Shown here: positions 36,403-47,749 of the stretch, one piece after another
How positions within the stretch are numbered: the stretch's first letter is position 1
Layout: every line of letters begins with the position of its first letter
Origin: Basidiobolus meristosporus CBS 931.73
Lineage: Eukaryota; Fungi; Basidiobolomycota
NCBI GenBank assembly: GCA_002104905.1
Contig: MCFE01000264.1
Coordinates: 44,362 to 108,361, forward strand
Reading direction: 5' to 3'
Length of the DNA stretch: 64,000 nt
Made by a program: the position numbers and the translations under genes
The notes under the pieces: generated by a model
What the model was told of the DNA's origin: nothing
Seen by the model: the letters and a program-made list of their open reading frames with translations, nothing else
Databases searched by the model: none

Positions 36403-39400
36403 GTTTTGACTTTGGAAGCTTTAGTACATTGTCATCTCAAAGGACGCTGAACCCAGCATATACTTTTGTTAAGACGCCAACCAAGTTGGGGATTGTAGCT
36501 CAATAGTTTTCCCTTGACAAGCTTGTGGCTTTGTTCCCCATCACATTAGATTAGAGACAGAACCCAAGTATTCCTAGCAAGCTTTGCCAGAGGTTATTGC
36601 ACTCAGTGAACACCCCACACACAAATCACTTGTGAAGTGTTTAATGTATCTCTCCCTTGGACTTATACACCATCACAATGATACACATCTTGCAAACATA
36701 TACTTGGTGGCCATAACTTCTGCAATAAATACCTCCTGAACATCCACAAAGAGCTTCTTGGTATTTGGCCAATATAATCTTTCTTCCTGCTGGATTCTAG
36801 TCCCCCTCATAGGTGCATTCTGGCTCTTGTTTGTATGAGTTCCATATTAAATGGTGTAGAAATTGGCTTGTGACCAAGCAAAATCCTGCATACCTTGGTG
36901 GAGTTTTCCTAACAAATATAGGTTGCTTGATGAACCCAACCCAATTATGCATTACCTAGCCAATTACCCACACATTGGGGCTGCTAAGCTTCTTGATGCC
37001 ATAGGCATTGGTGTCTCCATGTGCACATCTGTCCTCAATATTTTCCAACTCATCCTGGCTGTCCTCCATCAGCCAACTCATTGCATCAGTGAAGGCAATA
37101 TTCTTGATGAGATTGCAATATTGCTGTACCTGCAACTTGACTTGTCCTCCTATTTCCCCTCACATCCACTCCATAGAAAACTATCAAAAGGTGACTCTAG
37201 CTCTAATATTCTCAACACACTAAGCAAGATGGAGTAGCAAATGGATACAATAGTGGCAGAGATCTATGCACTCCGCTTTATGTTTGTAGAATAGCTGCTC
37301 AAGTCCTGTCACAAACTCTTTGCACATAAGCTGTAGATGTGTCATGTTGGCACTGGTGATATACTTCTGGATAAATATTCTTGCAATGTCTACATCTGAC
37401 TCCCAATGCTTCCAATGCAATCTAAGTGGAAATGGCTTCAGATGGCCACTTAGATAAATACATATCCAGCTCATCCAGTCCTTGCACCTGTATTGTTGCA
37501 TATGCATATAAGTGTTGATTGTAGCCTGCAAAAAGTACTTAGAGTAGCAGATACTCTGTAATATCTTGCCAGTTCTTTCAAAGCTTTCTGGTATCTCAAG
37601 GGGCTCATTTGGCATAAAACTTCACTGGTGCAACTTGGTCATTGGTATAGAGATATTGTTGAAAAGCAAATGCATTATTCCAGTGGAAACCTTTTGCGCC
37701 AACAAATACCCTCTATCTTAAGTATATCTGGTTTCCAATTAATTCCATATTCTAGCCAATGGCTCCTAGTTTTCCAACTTTGCTGCATTTGCATGCTAGC
37801 ATCTGTATGTTCTCTCTGTGGAAAGATGATGTTCTTAGTGTTGATGTTTGGGTAATAATAATGTATATGGTTATGGAGTAAGTCCCCTGGATCTCACACA
37901 TTTGACAGAAATGCTGTGTATTGTGCCCAGAAAAGCCAGCTATCTTGATGATGCCAGGAGTATCTCCAATGCAGATGATAATATGCACTTTGACAAAATG
38001 GCCATTTACTGTTGTCTCTAATGCAGATAATAATATGTGCATTTATATGATGGCCATTTACAGTAACCCTGCTGAAAAGCATACAAAATGCATCCAGCAA
38101 TGGATTCAGGTAGCTATCCAGATTAGATGGTGATTTTGGCCTAGATATTGGTGAGAGTACCCTCAGATACTGCTCTGATATGTAAAATAGGCAGCAGATT
38201 CAGGTTGATGAGAGTCAGTGGGCAGCAGGAACTGTTGGCAGAGTACATGTTTAATGAGGATCCATCAAGTGTCAAGGCAAAGGTATTATTGTACATACCT
38301 TCAAAGTAGCCCTTGCTTCTTAGCTATTTGTAATATTTGCCATTGAATATATCTTATATGTTTGAGCTTGATTGATACTAGACTTGTTCCATTATACTGT
38401 GCCAGGGCATGTGGCATGATCCGTGGTCTGAAAGAACAAACAGGTGCAATATTGTAGCTACCAGTAGGCAGGATTACTCTTGGACAATTTTGCACCATGT
38501 GAGACAATCTTGCACACTATGGTACAATCTGACACAATGAGATTGGCACAAATGATTGCGCCAACTTTTAATGCTTGCATCATGTGCACAATCAGATACC
38601 GCCATTATGGTAGGTAAAATCTGGTATTTGGATATGTTTCTTTGATATAAATAAAAATGAATGCGTATCACACTATAAACCACACTAATACATACCATTT
38701 TGGTTACCATCACTCCAATTGGACGGTATCTCAGTAGTTAATTGGTCCAAAAGTATCCAAAAGCTCTCAGCCCCCAATTAGCTCTTTGACCAATACACAA
38801 GCTACCTGATTTGTCATCAAATATCCCATTTTGCCCATTGAGCAAGTAAATCCCTGATCCAAGTGATTGGACAAGGTGTCATAGCAAGCATACAACCAAT
38901 TGTATAGGCGCAAATCAGATCAAATGGCTGCACTAGTGCCACAGATGATGTATACATGAAATATTACAGCTACCAGCAGGCAAGATTGCTCTTGGACAAT
39001 TTTGCACCATGTGGTACAATCTGCACAGTTTGACATAATCTGACACAATGAGGCTGGCACAAATGATTCTGCGAACTTGTAATGCATGCATCACATGCAC
39101 AATTGGATACTACTATAATGGTTGGTAAATTCTGGTATTTACATATGTTTCTTTAATATAAGTGGAAATAAATGTGTTGCACACCATAAACTACATTGCT
39201 ACATACCATTTTGGTTACCATCACTGCAATTGGATGGTATCTCAGTGGTTATTTGGTCCAAAAGTATACTGAAGCTATCAGCCCCCAATTGGCTCTTTGA
39301 TCAATATACAAGCTACCTGATTTGCCATCAAATATCCCATTGTCCCCATTGAGCACATAAATTGCTGTTCCTGGTGATTGGACAAGATGCCATAACTAGC

Positions 39401-39771
39401 ATGCAACCAATCAAATAGGTGTGGACAGATCAAATGGTCACACTGGTATTACAGATGATGTATATATGTGCAGGGTGTTTATATATAGGGGTCCTGTCTC
39501 AAATGTGAGATGACCTGGATATTACATATAGAAATGATTTAGTGATCACTGATTTGCAATGGCTTGATGTGGATTGCAAAAAAATGCATTGTTAGGATCA
39601 TGACAAATAATAGCAATTCTATGCAATTGCATCATCTTCTCCTAGGTATTTTTCTCACAGGGATTACTACTGAAGCATTTGGCAGTGATTCACTTTGCAC
39701 ACCTAAACTACTTTCTTGTTGACTATCCTCTTGGCTACTTGTATATTTGTAGTCATTATCTTGCCTCTTAG

Positions 39772-40959
39772 TTAATGAGTGCGGTGCTGAATTGCTTTGG
39801 ATGATGCAGCTGAGCCGGTCTGCAGTGCTATGCGCTGATGTGTTCTCTTACTTGCCAAAGACTCTGGCAGTGGAGGCACCTCATTTGGGTCATCATCAGT
39901 CAGTTCACCAGAAGAATCCTGCTGATGGTCAGGTGTAATGGCACATGCAGACACAACTAGATGCACTGGCATAGCCCTTAGCTGAGTTCAATGTGATGCC
40001 ACTTGGTGATGTGACTCAGCCTGCTCCAATGAACCCATGTCTTTTTGGGCAGTTTGGCAAGTTCTAGTGGTTTTACTCTGAAGCATGCACATTGACTTGA
40101 CATGCATTGACTTGATGTTGGGCGCTCTTGTGAAGGGTGTTGGTATAGTTTAGATTGATGTGCACCAGCATGCTGAAGTTACAAGCATTGGTAAGGAATC
40201 CAGGAAGGTATGCTGGCGCAATCTTGACGCTGTTGCTTGTGGTCGGCATTCTTCCTCTTGAAGCTCACCTTCTGATTCCTCAAGGTATTCACTTACCCTC
40301 TGCCTGATACTTTGGAACTGTTGCCTGGATGAGTCCTGTGTATATTGCTCTTGGAAGCTACTTAGCTCTACTAATAAATCACATAATACATTAGTCATTT
40401 GAGTCATAACTAATTCAAAATCTCTCTGGTTCCCAAAGTTAAGGCACAAATGGACATGTCCGGCCTGTACTGAGCAAACTACATGCAAAATTGTTCCTTT
40501 GCGGCTTCCTCATCAAATCCCTTCACTCACAGCTCATTCTTGATTTCAATACTTGTCTTGTTATATATCTTCTTACATACATCTGCTGGCATCTTGATGT
40601 AGAAATCATGCCACAGCTCGCTAATCAGGTTCTTCCATCTCTGTTGACTCTCCAAGGAAGCTAGCTCTGCTAGATTAATGTGTAGTGCCCAAATATTGGT
40701 ATGAAGGCTTATTATAAACACTTGGGCCATACTGAAATCATCGGGCAAGAGCTCAAATGGATCTGGCAGTGACTTTTCCTGTCTGGACCATGCTTGTGAG
40801 CTGGGGGATGGGTTTTGTCTGGGTTGTAATAAAGATGAGTGGAGACTTGGTATAGGGACTATAGTGATGGATTTGGATACATATACAGTAGTGTATTGGC
40901 ATTAACCTGGTCTTATATGAAATATATATGAAAACTAATGTGATTGTTGAGTTTTCCAT
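39772..40959 (-). pseudogene. Harbinger-associated second ORF remnant, possibly Myb/SANT-like
   Basis: Consecutive minus-strand ORF fragments, including RWKNLISELWHDFYIKMPADVCKKIYNKT. Its position fits the Harbinger two-gene layout. The domain call is weak. Confidence 0.45.
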
Positions 40960-41199
40960 ATATTATGCATGATGCATCTTGGGTTGCATTGACACAGAGC
41001 AGATCACATCACTTGCAGATTTCCTATTTGATCATAGACTTGTGAGTAAAACATCAATAAAAATACCCAGTCATTGTTTGAGGATGACTTTTGCAATAAA
41101 ATGATGGGATACATGGCAATTGATGGAGATTTAATCATAATGCATGGAAAATCAGATAAATCAAGCTGATCACGCCAAATCAATTCAAATCACCTAAGC

Positions 41200-42163
41200 C
41201 CAATCTTCTACCAATTTTAATATTACTTACTCATCTGAATAGTCCTTTCTCATCAATCCCATCACTACTACTGGATTTCCTTTTGACACACTAGAGGAGA
41301 TCTATACTAGGTACTGTGGACCGTCCACCCCAATCAACTCAAGGAGATCCCTTGTTAAGCTTCTCTGCTATTGCAAGAACTATTGCCCTACAAGGTTTCA
41401 TCCCACTATCTATGGCAACAAAAGTCCTATAAGCTTTCATTCCCAGCTGACAGCAATGGAGAACTACCTTGTAGAGGGTATGAATGACTTAGAGCAAACT
41501 TGGAGTACTAGGTTCAGAAGCTCAAATAGACTTCCATATCCCAGAGTGTTCAGCAACAGGTTCCATATAAGGAGTATTTTGAATACCTTCCCAATCAGGA
41601 TTAGCAGACCTTCTAGAGGGCAGAGGCACTTTTATTCTGGCAAGTACAAGGCACACTGTGTGAAGTTTCAAGCACTGTCAGACATTGAGGGTAACATCAT
41701 CTGGTATGGTGGGTCATTTGCTGGAAGTAAGCATGACAAAGCACTCTAAGTAGAGAATCATTGGGAATTCAGTAGAGGAGAGAACTGTATGACAGACTTG
41801 GCTTATATAGGAGTTGGTTGTCAGAGATCAGGATGTATTACGGCTTATAGGAAGCCAAGGAATGTTGTGCTTAGCAGGAAGCAGAAGCTACAATGAGATA
41901 TTTAATCATCTCCAAGTGATGGTAGAGCATGCATTTGGATGTCAAAGAGATTCAGCATATTGGCAGGTAAATACAGAGGAAAGTCATATATAGAAGAAAA
42001 CAGCAGAATAGGTAACATAGTTAAGATAATTATCAGTGCACAATACATTCATACAAGAAGACATCCACTAGGAGAGTGTGTCTGGAGCATTATGAAGAGT
42101 AAATCAAGCAAGCAATGCACTACTCTGAGCAACATAAGTAAGATTGAGCAAAGTTACCAGTAA
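41200..42163 (+). pseudogene. DDE_Tnp_4-type (Harbinger/ISL2EU/IS5-like) transposase remnant
   Basis: ILNTFP (catalytic D apparently mutated to N), FYSGKYKAHCVKFQ, GSKHD, TDLAYIG, AYRKP, VEHAFG, KRFSILAGKYR. Stops and frameshifts present. Start approximate. Confidence 0.85.
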
Positions 42164-42271
42164 CTATATCCTACAACTGGCATTTTGGTAGAGATTATAG
42201 TAGATATTATAGGGCCAGATGGTGCCATAGAGTGCCAGATCAATCCAGCACTATAAACAGGCTGGCACTAA

Positions 42272-45200
42272 CCCTATGAAAAACTATTGAGATGATCCTG
42301 TCAAAAGGCCATCACAAAGTTAAAGTCCCGTGACTAAGAGGTACTGATCTTGTGGGGAAACCATCCAAGCAGGGTTGAAAAATAATTGCACCCCATATTT
42401 CACAAAAAACATAGTCAAAATTTTCCATTGCAACAATGTATAGGTGGCTTTTGATTGGTTCCCTGTCAATTTGCTCACTTTCTGATCCCAGACACTCTAT
42501 TGTCTCCTACAATTGAGTGAATTGATTGGCTATTGCCTCTTTTTCAAATTCCTTACTTCCTAGCTCAACTGTTTCTCTTACTTTTCATGCATACAAGTTG
42601 ATTTATGTCTGTTGAAACTTCAGTTGTACCTCAAATGCCAATTGTATTGAACTACACAAGTCTCTATACCCTACACTTACACTAAGCCCAACCCCACACT
42701 CAACAAGTATCTCCATTAAAATCCATTACTCAATAAGTATTCCTGCTGCAACGCTCTGGTTCCACAACTTTGGTTGGAACCCAATGGCTTTATGCCCCTG
42801 TTCATTCACCGGTTCCCACATGTCCTAGTCTTCAGCTGGCACTGCAAGGTCTAGCACCTCATCAGCCAGTCTTTGCAATAAATCCTTGCAATATTGCAGT
42901 GCATTTTCTTGAGCACTGTTCTTGAAGAAGTGCTGCAACCTTTTGGTATTCCTATCAATGTTCCAAAACTCCACTGAAGGCATTGTGATAGTCTTTCAGG
43001 TTCTTGACATTGTAGCCTTGTCTGTCAGTGGGATCTCCACTCTGCCAACAAAGGAGGCTGTGGTAGACAAATTGCCTTTTTCAGCAAACTCATCAGCTTT
43101 GCTGGAGTGTAGCTCAACTGGCTGCGCTTCCAACTCTTGTGAAAACAGCTGTTTTCTTGTCGGTAATTCTTCTTGGCTATGATGGGATTCAGTCTGTTCC
43201 TGGCTTGTGGCATTAGTTGGCTAGAGCTGCAGTTTTTTTTGCATGCCTTCCTGTTTCAAGCTTAGGTATACATTTTTCCCTTTACCTTTTCCTTATCACT
43301 GCCAGGACTTTCACAGCTACTTTGTCTGAGTGCTTCTTGTAAAGAACTATATTTTCTCCTGGATAAGCTCTGCTCTGACATATCTGTTTTGGCCAGCTTG
43401 TCCCTTGCTGGCACTCTTCTGGCAACCTGACGTTTCTTTTCCACTTGTTTTGAGCACTCAACCATAGTTGTGACAGGCTCCTGTAAAAGCAGCTGGTTTT
43501 TATCACTGCCAGTTCCTTCACTGCTAATTTGACTGGGTGTTTCTTGAGTGGTACTACATTTTTTCTTTGATAAATGTTGGGCTGGTGCATCCATGTCTGC
43601 CTGCCTGTCCCTAATTGGCACTCTTCCAGCTACCTGGTGTCTTTTTGACACTTGTCTGGAGCTTTTGGCCCTTCTTGTAACTGGCTCTTGAGGAAGCCAC
43701 TGGTTTATAGCCATGGCACCCTTGTTTTTCTGCCTTTGATAGTTTCAACAATACTAAAAATGCTTTCTATGCATACCAATGTTGGCCCAAAATGTGTTTG
43801 CCCATTTGAATCCAGGATAATGCTCATGAAACAAGTCAAATGCATTCTGCTTGGCCTTGAGTTCCTGATGGTCCCATAGTATGCTAGCCTTAAGGTGATG
43901 GAGTGCTAGACTTCTGACAGCCTCTTGTATATCAGCCCACTCTTCATTATTACAATCAATGGCTTCATGGATCTTCAATGTCCTTTGATTTTTAGGCTTT
44001 GGGATAAACACCACACTGCCTCCCTCCCATGCTGTGATTGGTTTTTCTGTGGGCTTTATTGTTGCACAGTGTTGTTGTGCTTCAAAGGCTGTATGGTGCT
44101 CTTCTGCTGTTGCATTGGGAAATGGCTTGATTCTTGGCTGTGACATTGAGCTATTTGAGTTCCTTTGTTACAGCAAAGATACTGCTTTCTCTACCTGGGA
44201 TATTGAATGCACTACACATACTATCTGCTCATCCTGTTTCTGGACAATTTCCTGATTTCTCTAGGCTATTGCATCTATCATAGCAGCCACTGCACCTAAT
44301 TGCTTCATTAATGCTTTGGTATGAGCTGACAACATACTTGCTAATATGGATGGTGGTGATGTTATCATGGCCACTTGCTGATCTTAAACTGAGGGTACTA
44401 CATTTGCCACATTCCCATCTGCCTGAGCATAACGGTCAGCTTGTGGCTCCGCTAAGGTTCTCTATTGCCTACTCAACTGAGAGCCTGCAGAGTCAGCATT
44501 ATTACCTTCAATGGGCACACTGTCCACAGGGCCTTTTTTGTATGTAGCCCCTCTTGTTGCACTGATTGTCAAAGCAATCTGTTGTCCAATTGTACTTGTG
44601 TTGCTGTCAGCAGTGGTGTTTGGTTAAGAACCAGACAACTTTGCCTAATTTTTTGGCAGCATATATATGAAAGTGAGTCAAACCATAGGTGAAATAGTGT
44701 TGCACATATGTGTGTATATGGTGCTACAACTTTATTAATAATGCCTGCTATGGCAGGTCATCATTGAATCTTACATTCATGTAGGTGCAATGTCTCAAAT
44801 ACAAGACTGTCTTAAGTTAACATGATTATTGACTAAAAAGTGATACAGTAGTGTTACATTGTCAAAGGTCAAACTGTTTGCCCCATGGAAAAGACTACTT
44901 TGACTTAATGCCGTAAGAAAAGAGAAAAAGACCATGCAGCTATTATGGCAAGCCTCTCAGCTATGAAGCACACAGACAACACAGGAAGTATTACAAGGAT
45001 CATGGCCAGTGTTTTGCCACACAAGTCCTATTTGACCATTCATTGTTCACTACTGTACCAACATTATCTTGCCAGCTAGTTGATACTTCTCTATTGGCAC
45101 CTGCCTGTCTTTTTCACCTTGCACAAACTGAGTCAGGTGAGTTTGTGATGCTTTTAAGCTTACCTCAGCCTTCTGAATATGGCACGCAGAGTGATAGCAC

Positions 45201-47749
45201 TGACAAAGTAGGTTCACTGATGGATTTTGAGCCTATCTCTCCTAACAACAGTACCATGTATGAGCCTGGTCAAATCCCAATATGCAATGAGACAACACCT
45301 GTTGAAACAAATGCCAAGGATACTTTATGGAGCCAAGTGAGCCCAGTACTTCATCTACTGGTGAATGATGTAATGTTATAGCTAGAGAAGTGGTGCATTT
45401 TCCTAATATCAGTAATGGGTGCTTTGAGAATTTATTGCTACTTCTTGCCAAAATCATACCAGTATGCATCTTACCATGTACATGGTGCAAGTGGACAACC
45501 ATCATGCAGCTGGCAATATATGATCCAGAGACTATCCTGATTCCAGCATGTGTTAATAGTTGCATGGCATTCACATCTAAAAATGCTACCATTGCAACAT
45601 GCCCAACTTGTCAGGAATCCACCACCATTGAGGGAAATCATTGTTCACACTCCAGATATATGCTAGTCATACCCCATCTGAGGGAGCTGATGCAGTCCAA
45701 CAAATATTGCAAAGCTATACAGTACCGCACTCCAAATCAATCACACACAATCATATCCAATATGGTGAATGGCAAACATTACAAGTTGCTATGAAGCAAG
45801 GGCTACTTTGAAGGCATGTAAGACCATGCCTTTGCCTTGGCACTTGATGGATTCTCATTAAAAAGGATTCTACCAGCAAATCCTACTGGCCACTGATTCT
45901 CATCAATCTGAATCTGCCGCCAAACTTACAGAATCAGAGTAATAATCTGACGGCAGTCTCACTGGTGTCTGGGCCTAAATAACCATCCAACCTGGATAGC
46001 TACCTGTATCCATTGCTGGATGAATTTTGTATGCTTTCCAGTGGGATAATGATAAATGGCCGTCATGTAAAACACATATTTCTTTCTACATTGGAGATAC
46101 CCCAGCCATCAGCAAGATAGCAGGTTTTTCCGGTCACAATGGATGGTAGTGCTGTCAAATGTGTGAGATCCAGGGGACTTACTCCATAACTCACACACAT
46201 TATTATTACCCAAACACCAGCACTAAGTACATCTTCTTTCTACAGAGAGAATGTACAGAAGTAAGCATGCAATTGCAGCAAAGTTGGCAAGCTATAAGCC
46301 ATTGGCCGGAATAGGGAATTATTTGAAAACTGGAGATACTTAAAATAGTGGGTATCTGTAGGAGCAAAAGCTTTCCACTGGGAGCAATGTATTTGCTTTT
46401 CAACAATATCCCTATACTGATGACTAAGTTGTACATGGGGTATTTAAAGCTAAATGAGACCTTTGAGATACTGGAGAAATTTGTAATCATTGGTAAGATA
46501 CTACAGAGTATCTGCTACCCTAAGTATCTGTTGCAGGCTCAAATCAATATTCATACACATATGCAACAATACAAGTGCAAAGACTGGATGAATTGGATAT
46601 GTATTTGTTTAAGTGGTGTTCTGGAGCCATTCCTACCAAGAGTATACTGGAAGCATTGGGAGTCATATGTAGACATTTTAGGAATATTTATCCAGAGGCA
46701 GATCACCAATGCCAACTTGACACATCTACAGCTGTTGTGTGAGGAGCTTGTGACAGGATTTGAGCAGCTATACTACAAACATAAAGTTCAATGCGTAGAT
46801 ATCTGCCACTACTGTATCTATTTGTTACTCCATCTTGCTTGGTGTATGGAAAATATACACCTATGCCTATGGCATTAAGAAGCTAAGCAGCCCCAATGCA
46901 TGGGTAATTAGTTAAGTAATGCAAAGCTGGGTTAGGTGCAACAAGCAACTAATTTTTATCAGGAAAACTCTACCAAGAAATGCCGCATTTCTCATGGTCA
47001 CAAGCCAACTTCTACACCATTTGGTACAGAATTCACACAAATAAAAGCCAGAGCACACCTATAAGGCAGACTAGAATTCAGCAGGGGAGAAGGAATATAT
47101 TGGCTAAATACCAAGAAGTTCTTGGCAAATATTCAGGAGGTATTCATAGCAGAAGTGGCAACAACCAAGCATATGTTTACAAGATGTATATGTTACCAGC
47201 AGTACAAGGTATATGACATCTTTGCAAGAATCACACTAAAAAGCCGCAAAGTTGAGATGATAGAAGTATTTTAATTGCGGCAGGTGTGCATGTTTGTAGA
47301 GGTTAGTGAGCAGGAGGCCATAGTTTTTTTGACTCAAACTATATGTGGAATACCCAAGGTAGTAGTGGGTACAGAACCAGCAATAGGCTGTCATACTGCC
47401 AATATATTGCTATCAGAGTATTGCTGTGAGGCTGTCAAAATACCGTCAAGTTTCTTACCATATAGGGCAATTGGATTTCCTGGCCAACTGGATCCACTTA
47501 AAGTAGTTGTAGAGCGCTGAAAGACCGCAACAATACCATGCAAATATTGTCCTAGCACTGATAAAATATTGACAAGTTTTATCCCTTTATTTGGTTGTAA
47601 AATTAGCAAAACACCATTATGATTCTGTCATAAGATTGTTAGGAGGGTCATTAATTTCAAGCTGTTGTTATTATGACGGTCTCTTAACAGGATCCTGATA
47701 GCTGATCTGGATTGGATCCACCAGCAGGACCAAACTATATTTCATAGGG
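42272..47749 (+). mobile_element. Complete-length (5478 bp) degenerate CACTA/EnSpm element with both termini
   Basis: Starts CCCTATGAAAAAC and ends ATATTTCATAGGG. ORF1 remnant on - (~42800..44650) and transposase remnant on + (~44930..47250). No clean TSD (TAA / TAT). Confidence 0.9.
44930..47250 (+). pseudogene. CACTA transposase remnant (most complete copy)
   Basis: YDPETILIPACVNSCMAF..CPTCQES, NGKHYK, ALDG, WPLILINLNLPP, IGDTPAISK, KDWMNW and LLHLAWCMEN motifs. Internal deletion near 46870. Confidence 0.88.

Larger units (their letters stand above)
30917..36677 (+). mobile_element. 1.07 kb TGT...ACA element, copy c, split by copia copy 2
   Basis: 30917..31715 plus 36408..36677 gives 1069 bp. 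Flanks ACAA and ATGA. Confidence 0.88.
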
